Positions 27,313-36,968 of a DNA stretch of 63,415 nucleotides are shown here, piece after piece. A program made the translations under genes and the position numbers. Source of the stretch: Candidatus Woesearchaeota archaeon. Its GTDB lineage: Archaea > Nanobdellota > Nanobdellia > Woesearchaeales > UBA583. Where the stretch lies: NCBI GenBank assembly GCA_027858315.1, contig JAQICV010000041.1, positions 1 through 63,415 of the forward strand, read 5' to 3'. Each line of letters begins with the position of its first letter. The stretch's first letter is position 1. Under the pieces are notes generated by a model. It worked only from the letters and a program-made list of their open reading frames with translations. It did no database searches and was not told the origin of the DNA.

Positions 27313-29139
27313 TTATTTTAAAAATGCTAGGAGAACAAGCAAAGCTCCTAAAAATACTAAAGACTCATTATTTCCACTAAATAATTCAACAATAATTGTA
27401 TTAAAATATGATTTTCTTGTAACTTCCTTTTCTAAATAAATATTCAAATCAGTATATGAAAGTGCATAATTTGAATAAAGCATACTAGAAGATAAATCGT
27501 CTTGTTCAAACAAATCTTTGGAATATTCAAAATATATGTAAGGTATTAATGGGAAATCTCCATTAGTATTATGATTCAATCTAGAGTTTGTAATTTCAAG
27601 TAATTCTTTAGTATAATTTTTCTGATCTTCATCATTAATTCCCATAGAGTTTAATAAAGTATTAATTTTCCCATTAAGTTCTAATCCCTTGTATATACAT
27701 AGATATTTATTTGAGAAAGGTTCTCCCAATCCAATTTGTTCTCCAATTTCTTCATTTAAAAATCCGAATCCATAATTATTTAACAATTGGGACTTAATTG
27801 ATATTTCTCTATTTATTTTAACGCATGCATCACTAATTGTTTTATCATTAAATTTAACTCTATCTCCATTATTAATTATTAATTCTTCCCAAAGTTCAAC
27901 TGTGTAAAACCTCTCTGAAGCATAAGAATAAAGTCTTGTTTTTTGTGAATTAATCTCTTCTTTAGTTAGGATGTCAATTTCTGCTAAATCGGAGATATTA
28001 ATATTTGAATTAGTAGAGATGAGATTATTCTCTTCAATATCTTCAGCAATTTTTAAAAATTCTCTACTCTCTTCAATTCTATCTATTAGCAGAAGATAAA
28101 CATAAAAATCATTTATTGTTTTAATCTTACTTAAATATCCATCAGAACTTATTTCTACATACTTCAAGTTTACTTTACTTTTAAGTGCATTAAGTTCAGT
28201 ATTTCTATCATCAAGTGTTAAGTTTTTTTGTGTTTCCAAAAGAGCTTTATAGTTCAAATTCGCATTAAAGCAAAAACTTCCTTGTGAGTAATAATTTTCA
28301 TTAATTTTTGCAGTTTTAGACGAATTATAACTATTATCTGCAATTTCTTTTGAGCTATCTTCAGAACTATTATCTTTAATTATTCCAAAGTCGATATCAT
28401 TAATTAGATTTAAACTTCTATCACACATTTTTTGTCCAAGATTTTCCATAACTCTTTTATAGTTGCTATTATTAATTGTTTGAGTTTTCAAATCATAATG
28501 AGTTTGATTATTAAAATTATTATAAGCCTCAATCACATCAATTACTTTTACTATTTCTATAAAATAAGTTACATTTTCATCATAACTAGAAAAAACAGGA
28601 ATTAAAACTTTTCTAAATCCTAATTCTTGGGCAATACTAATCTTTTCATCAACGCCTCCAACATTACCTATAATTCCTCCAGAATTCAAAGCTCCAGTAA
28701 TCACAACTTCATCAATAATTGGTTGTTTTTTAACAGTCTTAGCAGTAAGAATTGCAATTGCTGAACTTGCAGAAGGTCCCTTTAAAACAAGTGCAGAGCC
28801 TTCAAAATTATAAAAAAAATCATATTCATTACAATCAAGAGCAAATAAATCACATGCAATTTTTTGTGAATTAATAATTGAGATTTGTGTATCTACTTCT
28901 TCAATAGTATTCAAATTAGTATAAATTTGTCCATTACCTGGCTTTATTCTAAGATTCAAATTAATAATTGAACCACCTACTGCATTACCATTTGAATCTT
29001 CAGTTACTGCAAGAAGTGAAATATCATTTTCAAATGAATTATTTGTATAATAAAATCCGAAAACAAAAAATCCAACAATTAAAATTTTAATAAGAATTAT
29101 TGTAATTGAAAATTTTAAGCTCTTTTTTTTCTTAATCAT
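27313..29139 (-). CDS. membrane protein with a Lon-type S16 protease domain and no AAA+ module
   Basis: N- and C-terminal TM helices. 'LKGPSASSAIAIL' (Ser) and 'GGVDEKISIAQ' (Lys) resemble the Lon Ser-Lys dyad. No Walker motifs. About 330 aa of unassigned C-terminal sequence. Confidence 0.6.
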   Translation of the reverse strand: MIKKKKSLKFSITIILIKILIVGFFVFGFYYTNNSFENDISLLAVTEDSNGNAVGGSIINLNLRIKPGNGQIYTNLNTIEEVDTQISIINSQKIACDLFALDCNEYDFFYNFEGSALVLKGPSASSAIAILTAKTVKKQPIIDEVVITGALNSGGIIGNVGGVDEKISIAQELGFRKVLIPVFSSYDENVTYFIEIVKVIDVIEAYNNFNNQTHYDLKTQTINNSNYKRVMENLGQKMCDRSLNLINDIDFGIIKDNSSEDSSKEIADNSYNSSKTAKINENYYSQGSFCFNANLNYKALLETQKNLTLDDRNTELNALKSKVNLKYVEISSDGYLSKIKTINDFYVYLLLIDRIEESREFLKIAEDIEENNLISTNSNINISDLAEIDILTKEEINSQKTRLYSYASERFYTVELWEELIINNGDRVKFNDKTISDACVKINREISIKSQLLNNYGFGFLNEEIGEQIGLGEPFSNKYLCIYKGLELNGKINTLLNSMGINDEDQKNYTKELLEITNSRLNHNTNGDFPLIPYIYFEYSKDLFEQDDLSSSMLYSNYALSYTDLNIYLEKEVTRKSYFNTIIVELFSGNNESLVFLGALLVLLAFLK

Positions 29140-29313
29140 AACAATAACTATTTTTTTCGATTAATAAGTGTTTTTATTTACTCATAGTTTAATACTAATA
29201 TTTATTGTCTAGATTTTTTTTTAAAATTAGAAGTTAGATTTAGTATTTTATTCCTTAGAATACTAAATATTTTAAGTATGGGATAAAATAAATATTTGAT
29301 AATGAGGTAAATT

Positions 29314-29565
29314 TTATAACTTTTCAAGAGTTTCTAAAATTTTATTAAGTTCATCTTTTGGAATTTTACTTTTATAATTCTTTTTATTAACATTTAGTTG
29401 ATTAATTTTATGATTCAAAATTGCAAGTGCAACCCAAATTTGAGCTTTAGATTTATCTTTTGCCTTTTTTACAGCATAATCATATTCCTTAGTTTCTTTA
29501 ATCAATTCACTTAAATTTTGTTCAACAACTATTTCAAGGTCTACTCTCCAATCATTATCATTCAT
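29314..29565 (-). CDS. hypothetical protein
   Basis: 83-aa ORF, helical, with no motif recognised. Confidence 0.35.
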   Translation of the reverse strand: MNDNDWRVDLEIVVEQNLSELIKETKEYDYAVKKAKDKSKAQIWVALAILNHKINQLNVNKKNYKSKIPKDELNKILETLEKL

Positions 29566-29662
29566 ATATTTAAATATTTTCAGTAATTTATAAAAGTTGT
29601 CTTTTCTTAGTAGTCACGATAGAAACATTTATAAGTACTCTTTTCTTTATATAATTATCAAA

Positions 29663-30040
29663 ATGACATACGAAAAAAAAATTGCATCATTAACAGTAAT
29701 CTTAGCTGTGATTTTAGCTTTATTAGCATATTTATTCGCAGGTCAATATGTTGTGGTTGACAATTCACTTAGCTTTTCAGATGTAAAAAGTCAAGATGGT
29801 TCAATTGTAAAAGCAAATATTGTATATGTTGAATTAACAAAAGAAGTATCTGTAAAAGATACAAGAAATCTTGTAACTGATAGATTTTCTCAAGAAATAG
29901 AAACTGATGGTCAACTAATTGTTTTAGGAAAAGACGGTTCAATCAAATCTATAACTAGTGGAGTTGTTCTAGTAGATAATAACATCATAAGTGTTAATGA
30001 AGAAGAAAGCGTAATTATTGCTCTTGAAAAAAGAGATTAA
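29663..30040 (+). CDS. hypothetical membrane-anchored protein
   Basis: Start moved to the ATG at 29663 (MTYEKKIASLTVILAVILALLAY), with TATA 'tttataag' at 29628-29635. One N-terminal TM. Confidence 0.45.
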   Translation: MTYEKKIASLTVILAVILALLAYLFAGQYVVVDNSLSFSDVKSQDGSIVKANIVYVELTKEVSVKDTRNLVTDRFSQEIETDGQLIVLGKDGSIKSITSGVVLVDNNIISVNEEESVIIALEKRD

Positions 30041-30058
30041 ATTTTTCAAATAATAATA

Positions 30059-30508
30059 TTAATTATCATAATTTTTATACATCTCAATTAAATTTCCAAT
30101 AATAGGTTCAGAATTTATTTTTGCTTGATTTATTATTTCTAGCTTTTCTTTTAGATGTTCGATTTCATCGCTACTTGTTTCAGTACTAATTTGTGATTGA
30201 GTATGTTTAATCTTAGTATCTACAATTCTATTAAAATATTCTAGAATAGTTTGAGAAAAAATTTGAATTGAAATATTTTGATTCATTAATTCTTCAAAGA
30301 AGTTTTTTTCAAACAATCTTTGTAAAACAAAAATGATTATATCTTTTTCATGTGAATTTTCATAAGGACATATTTGATTTAGAATTTGTTCTCTTTCATT
30401 TTCATTTTGGAGTACATATAATCCATACTTTCCAATTAAGTGTCCAAAATTTTGAACTTCAAGTTTCATATTATATTTACAAAAGTAGTCTTTAATAAAT
30501 CTTTTCAT
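30059..30508 (-). CDS. hypothetical protein
   Basis: 149-aa ORF with no motif recognised. Confidence 0.35.
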   Translation of the reverse strand: MKRFIKDYFCKYNMKLEVQNFGHLIGKYGLYVLQNENEREQILNQICPYENSHEKDIIIFVLQRLFEKNFFEELMNQNISIQIFSQTILEYFNRIVDTKIKHTQSQISTETSSDEIEHLKEKLEIINQAKINSEPIIGNLIEMYKNYDN

Positions 30509-30596
30509 TTATTAAAAGGTTCTCATAAATTTGATAATAAAATTTATTTTGAATCTTTCTAATTAAGAATAAAAATTAAAATTTTTTAAGCATTGA

Positions 30597-30971
30597 TTAT
30601 TTAATCAATACACCAAATAATGAACCTGATTGACCTGGTCTTGAAGTAATTTTAACATTACCTTTCTCAGTTTTAACAATAGCACCTTTAGTAATAAGGT
30701 TCCTTCTTGTAAAGTTAATATTTGCAGGGTTATTTTCTACATCTAAAATTTTAAGTGTTTGAGTTTTACCTAAATCACTAACACAAACTTTATCAGTTGA
30801 TAATAATGATTTCTTTTGGTTTCCACCAGCAACTCTTTTAAGTTTTAATCTAAGTCTATCAATACTAGTTAAAGCAGGAATTCCTACCATATCTTGGGCT
30901 CTTTTTTTCCTAACTGGAATATATCTCTTACCTGATACTTGTTTTTTTGATCTAAATTGTGAACTTGCCAT
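30597..30971 (-). CDS. rps8e: 30S ribosomal protein S8e (eS8)
   Basis: 124 aa, basic N-terminus 'SKKQVSGKRYIPVRKKR', typical eS8 length. Confidence 0.85.
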   Translation of the reverse strand: MASSQFRSKKQVSGKRYIPVRKKRAQDMVGIPALTSIDRLRLKLKRVAGGNQKKSLLSTDKVCVSDLGKTQTLKILDVENNPANINFTRRNLITKGAIVKTEKGNVKITSRPGQSGSLFGVLIK

Positions 30972-30972
30972 T

Positions 30973-31551
30973 TTATCTTAATCTTCCTCCATTAGCATTT
31001 AGGCTAGGTCTTACTTTTTCAGCACCCATTCCTTTATTTCTTAAACCTCTAGACTTTTTAGCACCTGAAGTAAGTCCTCTAAATACTCTCTTTGTATGTT
31101 TATTTGAAACAATCCAACCAATTTTCTTATCTGATGCAATTTGTGGATGATATATATCAACTAAAATAATTTCATACCAATAATGAATTTCATCTTGACC
31201 TACCCAATATGAGTTTAAAACTTCTAAATTAGGGAATTTCTTTTGCACTCTCTCTTCTGCTATCCATAGATAGTTTTTAGCTTGTACAATTTTTGATGAA
31301 GTATTTCCACCATCTCTTCCTTTTTTAATTGAAGGATTTTTCTTTCCTCCTCTTTTAACTCTAGATCTTACAATAACAAAACCTTGCTTTGCTCTATAAC
31401 CTAAAGATCTTGCTCTATCAATTCTAGTAGGGTATTCAACTCTCTCGATTGAATTCTCTCTTCTCCATTGAACTAGCATACCTTTGTAACTCTCACCTAA
31501 ATTTTCTTTAGGTTTTTTCCATGCTTCTTTAATATATTTTAAATATCCCAT
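30973..31551 (-). CDS. rpl15e: 50S ribosomal protein L15e (eL15)
   Basis: '[15 protein letters not shown]' N-terminus, 'RVRRGG'-like 'RVKRGGKK' and '[16 protein letters not shown]'. Confidence 0.9.
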   Translation of the reverse strand: MGYLKYIKEAWKKPKENLGESYKGMLVQWRRENSIERVEYPTRIDRARSLGYRAKQGFVIVRSRVKRGGKKNPSIKKGRDGGNTSSKIVQAKNYLWIAEERVQKKFPNLEVLNSYWVGQDEIHYWYEIILVDIYHPQIASDKKIGWIVSNKHTKRVFRGLTSGAKKSRGLRNKGMGAEKVRPSLNANGGRLR

Positions 31552-31884
31552 CTTTTAAATCTTTGATTTCTTTTGTCCCATTTTTATGAGTCATTACGAA
31601 TAATAATGAAGGCTTAAAAATCTCTTACGAAATTTTTATTTTCCCATTCATTCGAATTAATTTGTTTAATTTATCGCTTATGCGACTAATAGATTCGTTA
31701 GAACCTTAGAATACTAGACTACACATCCGCTCAACATATACTCAATTAAATTGTCGTATCATCGCCAACATGACTAATATTTAATAATAAAGAATAAAAA
31801 AGCCTTTAAAAAGTTTACCTTGTAAGAGTTGTTCCTGTTAGTTAAAAACAAAGTCTATAAACGATTTAACTAATTTATATATAT

Positions 31885-34800
31885 ATGTATATTAAATATA
31901 ATAAGTTTTTAGCCTTTTTTTTCCTTTTTGTTATAATGTTTTCATCCTCATCTTCAATTTTTGCTAAAGAAAAATCTATGAACGAATTTAACGGTATAGA
32001 ACTAAAGACTAAATTTAAAATTAATGAAGGGCAGTTGAAGAGTTTTTCAACAGATAGTGAAAATAAAAATGAGTATTATCTTATTCAATTTAATTCTAAG
32101 TTAAATGAAAAAACAAAATTAGAATTAGAAAAAGATGGGGTAATATTTTATGACTATATTCCTGATAATTCTTATCTTGTGAAATTTGATTCTCAAAAGA
32201 AATCAAAAATTCTATCTTCTAAAGATATTAATTGGTATGGTAAGTACTTATCTGAATATAAAATTGATAAAAAAATAAACCTTTCAAATAATGAGTTAAT
32301 TGAAGTGCTAGTTAATCCTCATAAAGATATTGATTTAGTTTTATTAAAATCAACTTTAAAAAATAATGATGCAGTCTTAGAAATATTAGGTGATACGAAA
32401 TTTCTTATTTTAATAAATGTTTCCAATATTCAAGACATTGCAAATTTGAATGAAGTAAAATATATTGAAAAATATTCTAAGCCCGAACTCTTTAATATCA
32501 ATGCAAGAGTAACTACTAATGTAAATTTTATTTGGGATAATCTAGGACTATATGGAGAAGGTCAAAAAATTGCAATTGCAGATTCAGGATTAGATACTGG
32601 AGTAAATGATGCCTCTATGCATGATGATTTTGAGGGAAGAATAATTGGAATTACTGACTTGTGGGGAGCTGGTCCTGACGATGATTCATCTCATGGGACT
32701 CATGTTGCTGGAACAGTTTTAGGAGATGGTAATCTTAGTGGAAGTAATCCTAGTTTAGATGATTATAAAACTTCAAATGCTGGAGTAGCACCAAAAGCAA
32801 AAGTTTATTCTCAAGCATTTGAAGATACAGGACTTGCTTTGGAAGGAGTACCTGCCGATTTATTTGACTTATTCAATCCAATGAATTCTATTGACATTAA
32901 AACTCATACTAATAGTTGGGGAAATACTGCTTGTAATGGTATTTATAATATAAATTCAGTTTCATCAGATCAATTTATGTGGGACAATCAAGATTTTACA
33001 ATTTTATTTGCTGCAGGAAATGATGGTCCTACTCCTTCAACAATGGCATGTCCTGCAACTGCTAAAAATGTTATAACTATAGGTGCATCGAATACAAGTG
33101 GCGCATTTGCAATTGCTGAGTTTAGTTCTAGAGGACCAACTAATGATTCAAGAATTAAGCCTGACCTTGTAGCACCAGGAGCAATGGTATTTTCAACATT
33201 ATCCCAAATAGTATATCCTGGAATTTATTATGGTGGTTTTGGTGGAACTTCAATGGCAACGCCTCATGTTGCAGGAGTAGTTCTTCTTATGAGAGAACAT
33301 TTAAATTCAACTAAAGGGATATCTAATCCTTCATCATCTCTAATTAAAGCATTATTAATTAACGGTGCAGATGACATTACTGGAACAAGGCCAGATAACG
33401 ACCAGGGGTGGGGGCAAGTCAATTTAAAGAATTCAATTAGTCCAAGTCAACCTGGAAAAATATTTTTTTATGACAATACAACAGGATTTTTAATTGAATC
33501 AAATTATACTTATGACTTTGAAATAAAAGATGACTCTCTTCCTCTAAGAATTACTCTTGTGTGGACAGATTATCCTAGTACTGAAATTGCAACAGAAAAT
33601 TTAGTAAATGATATAGACTTAATTCTTAATACTCCTGATGGAACAATATATTTTGGGAACGATTTTTCAGCACCATTTAACAATGAAAAAGACGACATTA
33701 ATAATGTTGAAGGAATAGAGATATTAATTCCTCAAATTGGAAATTATTCCTTAAATGTATCTGCATTTAATATTATAACTGGACCTCAAACATATTCTTT
33801 AGTAATGTCTTATGCACAAAGTAGTCCTAAGATTTTAAAAATTGATTCACCAGAAAATATTATTTACAATACTTCTAGAATAAACTTCAATATAACTTTG
33901 GATGATATTGGTTTAGTTGAATTTTCATTAGATGATGGGATAACAAATATAACTATGCAAACTTTAGATGATATTGAGTTCAACTACACTTTATCAAACA
34001 TTCCTGATGGAAATTATAATGTAACTTTTTATGCAAAAAATCTCTCAAATGTTTTATCTGATACTCGAAAACAAGCATTTATAGTTGACACAATTAAACC
34101 AACAATTACTGTAAATTCTCCAAATAGTTTTAAATATTCATCATTATATATAATATTTAATATAACTTCCAATGAGTTTTCTCAAATGTGGTTTAGTGTA
34201 GACAATGGAACTACAAATACAAGCATGCAAACTATTGATAATTTATCTTTTACATATAATTTCTCAATTCAAAATAACAACAATTATTCAATAATTTTCT
34301 ATGCTCAAGATGTGGTTGGAAACTTAAATCAAACTCAAAAAATTAATTTTTCAGTAGATTCTAAATCACCAAAAATATCAATTAATTCTCCACAAAATAT
34401 TAACTATTCAAATATAAATTCAACAATATTAAATATAACTTTGGACGAGATAGGTTTAGCATGGTTTAGTACTAATAATGGAATTACTAATACTAGTATG
34501 CAAAATCTGGATAGTTTAACTTTCACATATAATTTAACAGGTTTAATTGATGGAATTTATAATTTAATTTTCTATGCAAATGACACTATAGGGAACTTAA
34601 ATTCAACTTCAATTCAATTCAGAATTGATAATGGAATTTTGAATATGTCTATTGACTCTTTTTCAAACAATTCACAAATTAATACTTCAAAACTTTCAAT
34701 TTATTTTAATGCCACAACAAATAAAGAATTATCAAAAATAACTTACACAATAAATTCATTTACTTATGATATCTTTGACAAATATTCTTTAAACTATATT

Positions 34801-36765
34801 GAAACAGACTTAGACTTAATTGAATACGGAAATCAAAACATTAGCTTCTATATTGAGGATTTATTTGGAAATTCAAAAACTTTAATATATAATTTAAACA
34901 TTATTTCAGATCTCTCAGGAGTAATAAATGATACTGATGGAGATGGAGTTAATAATTCAATTGATAATATATTAGGTAATGAAACAAACATTCAAACTAA
35001 TTTAAATGATTTAACTCTAGAAGTTAATAATTCTATTAATTTAACTAAGATTTTTAACACAACATATAATGTATCTATAAAGGAAAATAATAGTATTGTA
35101 GTAGAATTCCTAAATAATTTTTCGAGTAATAAATTAGATTTCTCCAATGTAACAATAAAAAAAGATAACTCATCCAACTTATCTAAATTACTTTTAAGGG
35201 GAATTAATTTAGAATCAACAAAAACAAAAACTCTTTATTTAGACTTGATTGGAAATACAACAAAAGATAATAGTTTATGCTTAAAAGATGAAGTAGTATA
35301 TGATTTTTCACAGATAACTTCAACTTGTTCAGGTTCATCCGAAACATATATCTATGAAATTCCATATTCTGAAAATGGATATATTGTAACTTATACAAAT
35401 TCAACTAATAGGACTGTAAAAATTCAAGGTTTATCTCATTCAGCTATAACTCAGTCGTGTACTGAAGATTGGTCAGATGTTGATTGGGAAACCACTTGTA
35501 CTAGTGATTCTCAAACTGGAACTACTATTGATAATAATAATTGTGGCACAACTTTCACTAAACCTGTAACTACACAAAGTTGCACATCTCCTGTTGATAA
35601 TGAAGAGGAAGAAGAATCAAATACTGCAAGTTCTAGTACAGATGATGGCGACGATGAGTATATTATAACTACTGATGATGACGATGAAGATGAGGAAGAA
35701 ATAATTAACAATACTATTGAAGGTTTAAGAAGTACAATTAAAAATTCTTATAGTTTTAGTGTAGGTAGAACTGGTGGAATTAATGATGGATTTAAAGGTG
35801 TTGAAAAAATCAAAATAAAGGATAAAATTTGGTTAAGAACTTTAATTGAATTTGAACATGATTTTTCAGACTCAGAATTAGATTTAAGTAAATTTGATTT
35901 TGAATACTCTCAAACAAATAAAAGTTATATAATTGTTAAAGGATTAGACCTTGGAACTAAAACTAAAAAAGTTAGAATTAAAGCTTTAGATAATACTAAT
36001 AAAATTTGTATTAAAGATGAAGAAGTAAATTCGATTGAAGAAATTAGTTTAACTTGTGATTCTGTAAATGAGTATTTAGTTAATTGTGATAGTATTCAAA
36101 CAAATGAAGGATACACCTGTATTATTGATGAAGAATATTATTATGTGTTAGGTCTAAAACATTCAGCAGTTTTAGAATATGTTGAACCTGAAAAGTCTAT
36201 CTCTGAAGTTGTGACTATTGATGAAACTTCAAATAATTTAGATTCTTCTAATATAGTTTTATCTGATTCATTAAGTTCAAATTCAAAGATTAGTATCTTA
36301 AAGATTTCATTATATGCTTTTATTGGAATTTTTTTATCAATTATTGGTATTTTGATAATTCTTAGAATCTCGAAAAATGGTGAGGATGAATCTGATGATG
36401 AATCTAAAATGACTGAATCTAGAGTTCTTAATCATGTTGATCCAAATAATCCTAAAGCTAAAAAAGCATTTTTTAAAAATGAAAGTAAAGATAATCTCAA
36501 AGGAGAAAAAATCTTAATTAGTAATTACAAACAAGCAAAAATGGATATTGATAAGATAACTACAAAAACTAAAAAAAAGTTTGTAGATAATGATAGTTTT
36601 TCTGATATTCATGGTTATAAATCTGCAAAAGAATATGTAAAATCTCATAAGGAAAGTCATGATAAAAAAGTACTTTATGAATCTTTAATTTCTTCTAAAT
36701 ATTCAAAAGATATAATTGATCAAGTTTTCAAAGAAGAGTTTGTTGATGATGATAATCAAAAATAA
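31885..36765 (+). CDS. giant membrane-anchored subtilisin-like (S8) serine protease with repeat modules
   Basis: Signal peptide. D/H/S triad 'IAIADSGLDTG', 'HGTHVAGT' and 'GGTSMATPHVAG'. Four tandem ~90-aa modules, two ~140-aa Cys modules, acidic linkers, a TM (LYAFIGIFLSIIGILIIL) and a ~130-aa cytoplasmic tail. Confidence 0.85.
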   Translation: MYIKYNKFLAFFFLFVIMFSSSSSIFAKEKSMNEFNGIELKTKFKINEGQLKSFSTDSENKNEYYLIQFNSKLNEKTKLELEKDGVIFYDYIPDNSYLVKFDSQKKSKILSSKDINWYGKYLSEYKIDKKINLSNNELIEVLVNPHKDIDLVLLKSTLKNNDAVLEILGDTKFLILINVSNIQDIANLNEVKYIEKYSKPELFNINARVTTNVNFIWDNLGLYGEGQKIAIADSGLDTGVNDASMHDDFEGRIIGITDLWGAGPDDDSSHGTHVAGTVLGDGNLSGSNPSLDDYKTSNAGVAPKAKVYSQAFEDTGLALEGVPADLFDLFNPMNSIDIKTHTNSWGNTACNGIYNINSVSSDQFMWDNQDFTILFAAGNDGPTPSTMACPATAKNVITIGASNTSGAFAIAEFSSRGPTNDSRIKPDLVAPGAMVFSTLSQIVYPGIYYGGFGGTSMATPHVAGVVLLMREHLNSTKGISNPSSSLIKALLINGADDITGTRPDNDQGWGQVNLKNSISPSQPGKIFFYDNTTGFLIESNYTYDFEIKDDSLPLRITLVWTDYPSTEIATENLVNDIDLILNTPDGTIYFGNDFSAPFNNEKDDINNVEGIEILIPQIGNYSLNVSAFNIITGPQTYSLVMSYAQSSPKILKIDSPENIIYNTSRINFNITLDDIGLVEFSLDDGITNITMQTLDDIEFNYTLSNIPDGNYNVTFYAKNLSNVLSDTRKQAFIVDTIKPTITVNSPNSFKYSSLYIIFNITSNEFSQMWFSVDNGTTNTSMQTIDNLSFTYNFSIQNNNNYSIIFYAQDVVGNLNQTQKINFSVDSKSPKISINSPQNINYSNINSTILNITLDEIGLAWFSTNNGITNTSMQNLDSLTFTYNLTGLIDGIYNLIFYANDTIGNLNSTSIQFRIDNGILNMSIDSFSNNSQINTSKLSIYFNATTNKELSKITYTINSFTYDIFDKYSLNYIETDLDLIEYGNQNISFYIEDLFGNSKTLIYNLNIISDLSGVINDTDGDGVNNSIDNILGNETNIQTNLNDLTLEVNNSINLTKIFNTTYNVSIKENNSIVVEFLNNFSSNKLDFSNVTIKKDNSSNLSKLLLRGINLESTKTKTLYLDLIGNTTKDNSLCLKDEVVYDFSQITSTCSGSSETYIYEIPYSENGYIVTYTNSTNRTVKIQGLSHSAITQSCTEDWSDVDWETTCTSDSQTGTTIDNNNCGTTFTKPVTTQSCTSPVDNEEEEESNTASSSTDDGDDEYIITTDDDDEDEEEIINNTIEGLRSTIKNSYSFSVGRTGGINDGFKGVEKIKIKDKIWLRTLIEFEHDFSDSELDLSKFDFEYSQTNKSYIIVKGLDLGTKTKKVRIKALDNTNKICIKDEEVNSIEEISLTCDSVNEYLVNCDSIQTNEGYTCIIDEEYYYVLGLKHSAVLEYVEPEKSISEVVTIDETSNNLDSSNIVLSDSLSSNSKISILKISLYAFIGIFLSIIGILIILRISKNGEDESDDESKMTESRVLNHVDPNNPKAKKAFFKNESKDNLKGEKILISNYKQAKMDIDKITTKTKKKFVDNDSFSDIHGYKSAKEYVKSHKESHDKKVLYESLISSKYSKDIIDQVFKEEFVDDDNQK
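33826..34908 (+). repeat. four tandem ~270-nt (about 90-aa) coding repeats inside the S8 protease gene
   Basis: Units start in frame at 33826, 34099 and 34369, with a fourth more degenerate unit at about 34639. Shared pattern: 'P.I.INSP.N..Y.....NIT.DE.G...FS..NG.TNTSMQ..D...F.YN.......Y...FYA.D..GNLN'. Confidence 0.8.
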
Positions 36766-36813
36766 TTTCAAATCTCTTTCCAAATAATCTCACTTATATA
36801 TATCTAACGAAGG

Positions 36814-36822
36814 CTTTATAAA
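36814..36822 (+). promoter_or_regulatory. TATA box for the uL3 ribosomal operon
   Basis: 'ctttataaa' lies about 147-155 nt upstream of the uL3 ATG at 36969, implying a 5' UTR of about 120 nt. That is unusual in this window. Confidence 0.4.
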
Positions 36823-36968
36823 CCGATATTTGTTCTTTTTTTGTATTACTATGCAGAATTAAAGCATGCATTTCATATTAATTTTATGAAAGCTCTGCAA
36901 AGCAATCCTGAAATAGGCAATGTAAAACTGGCATCCTATCAGGCAATTACAGTTATAGAGTAATAAAA

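Noticed and set aside
31690-31745. tRNA or split-tRNA half on the minus strand ('gcggatgtgtagtctagtattctaagg...').
   Set aside because: It could not be folded into a cloverleaf. The D stem pairs only 3 of 4 positions, the candidate anticodon loop lacks U33, and there is no T-loop (TTCRANY) or matching 3' acceptor strand.
31552-31884. SRP (7S) RNA or another large structured RNA in the 333-bp gap.
   Set aside because: G+C is as low as the surrounding spacers, there are no long helices, and no conserved SRP helix-8 or helix-6 motifs are present.
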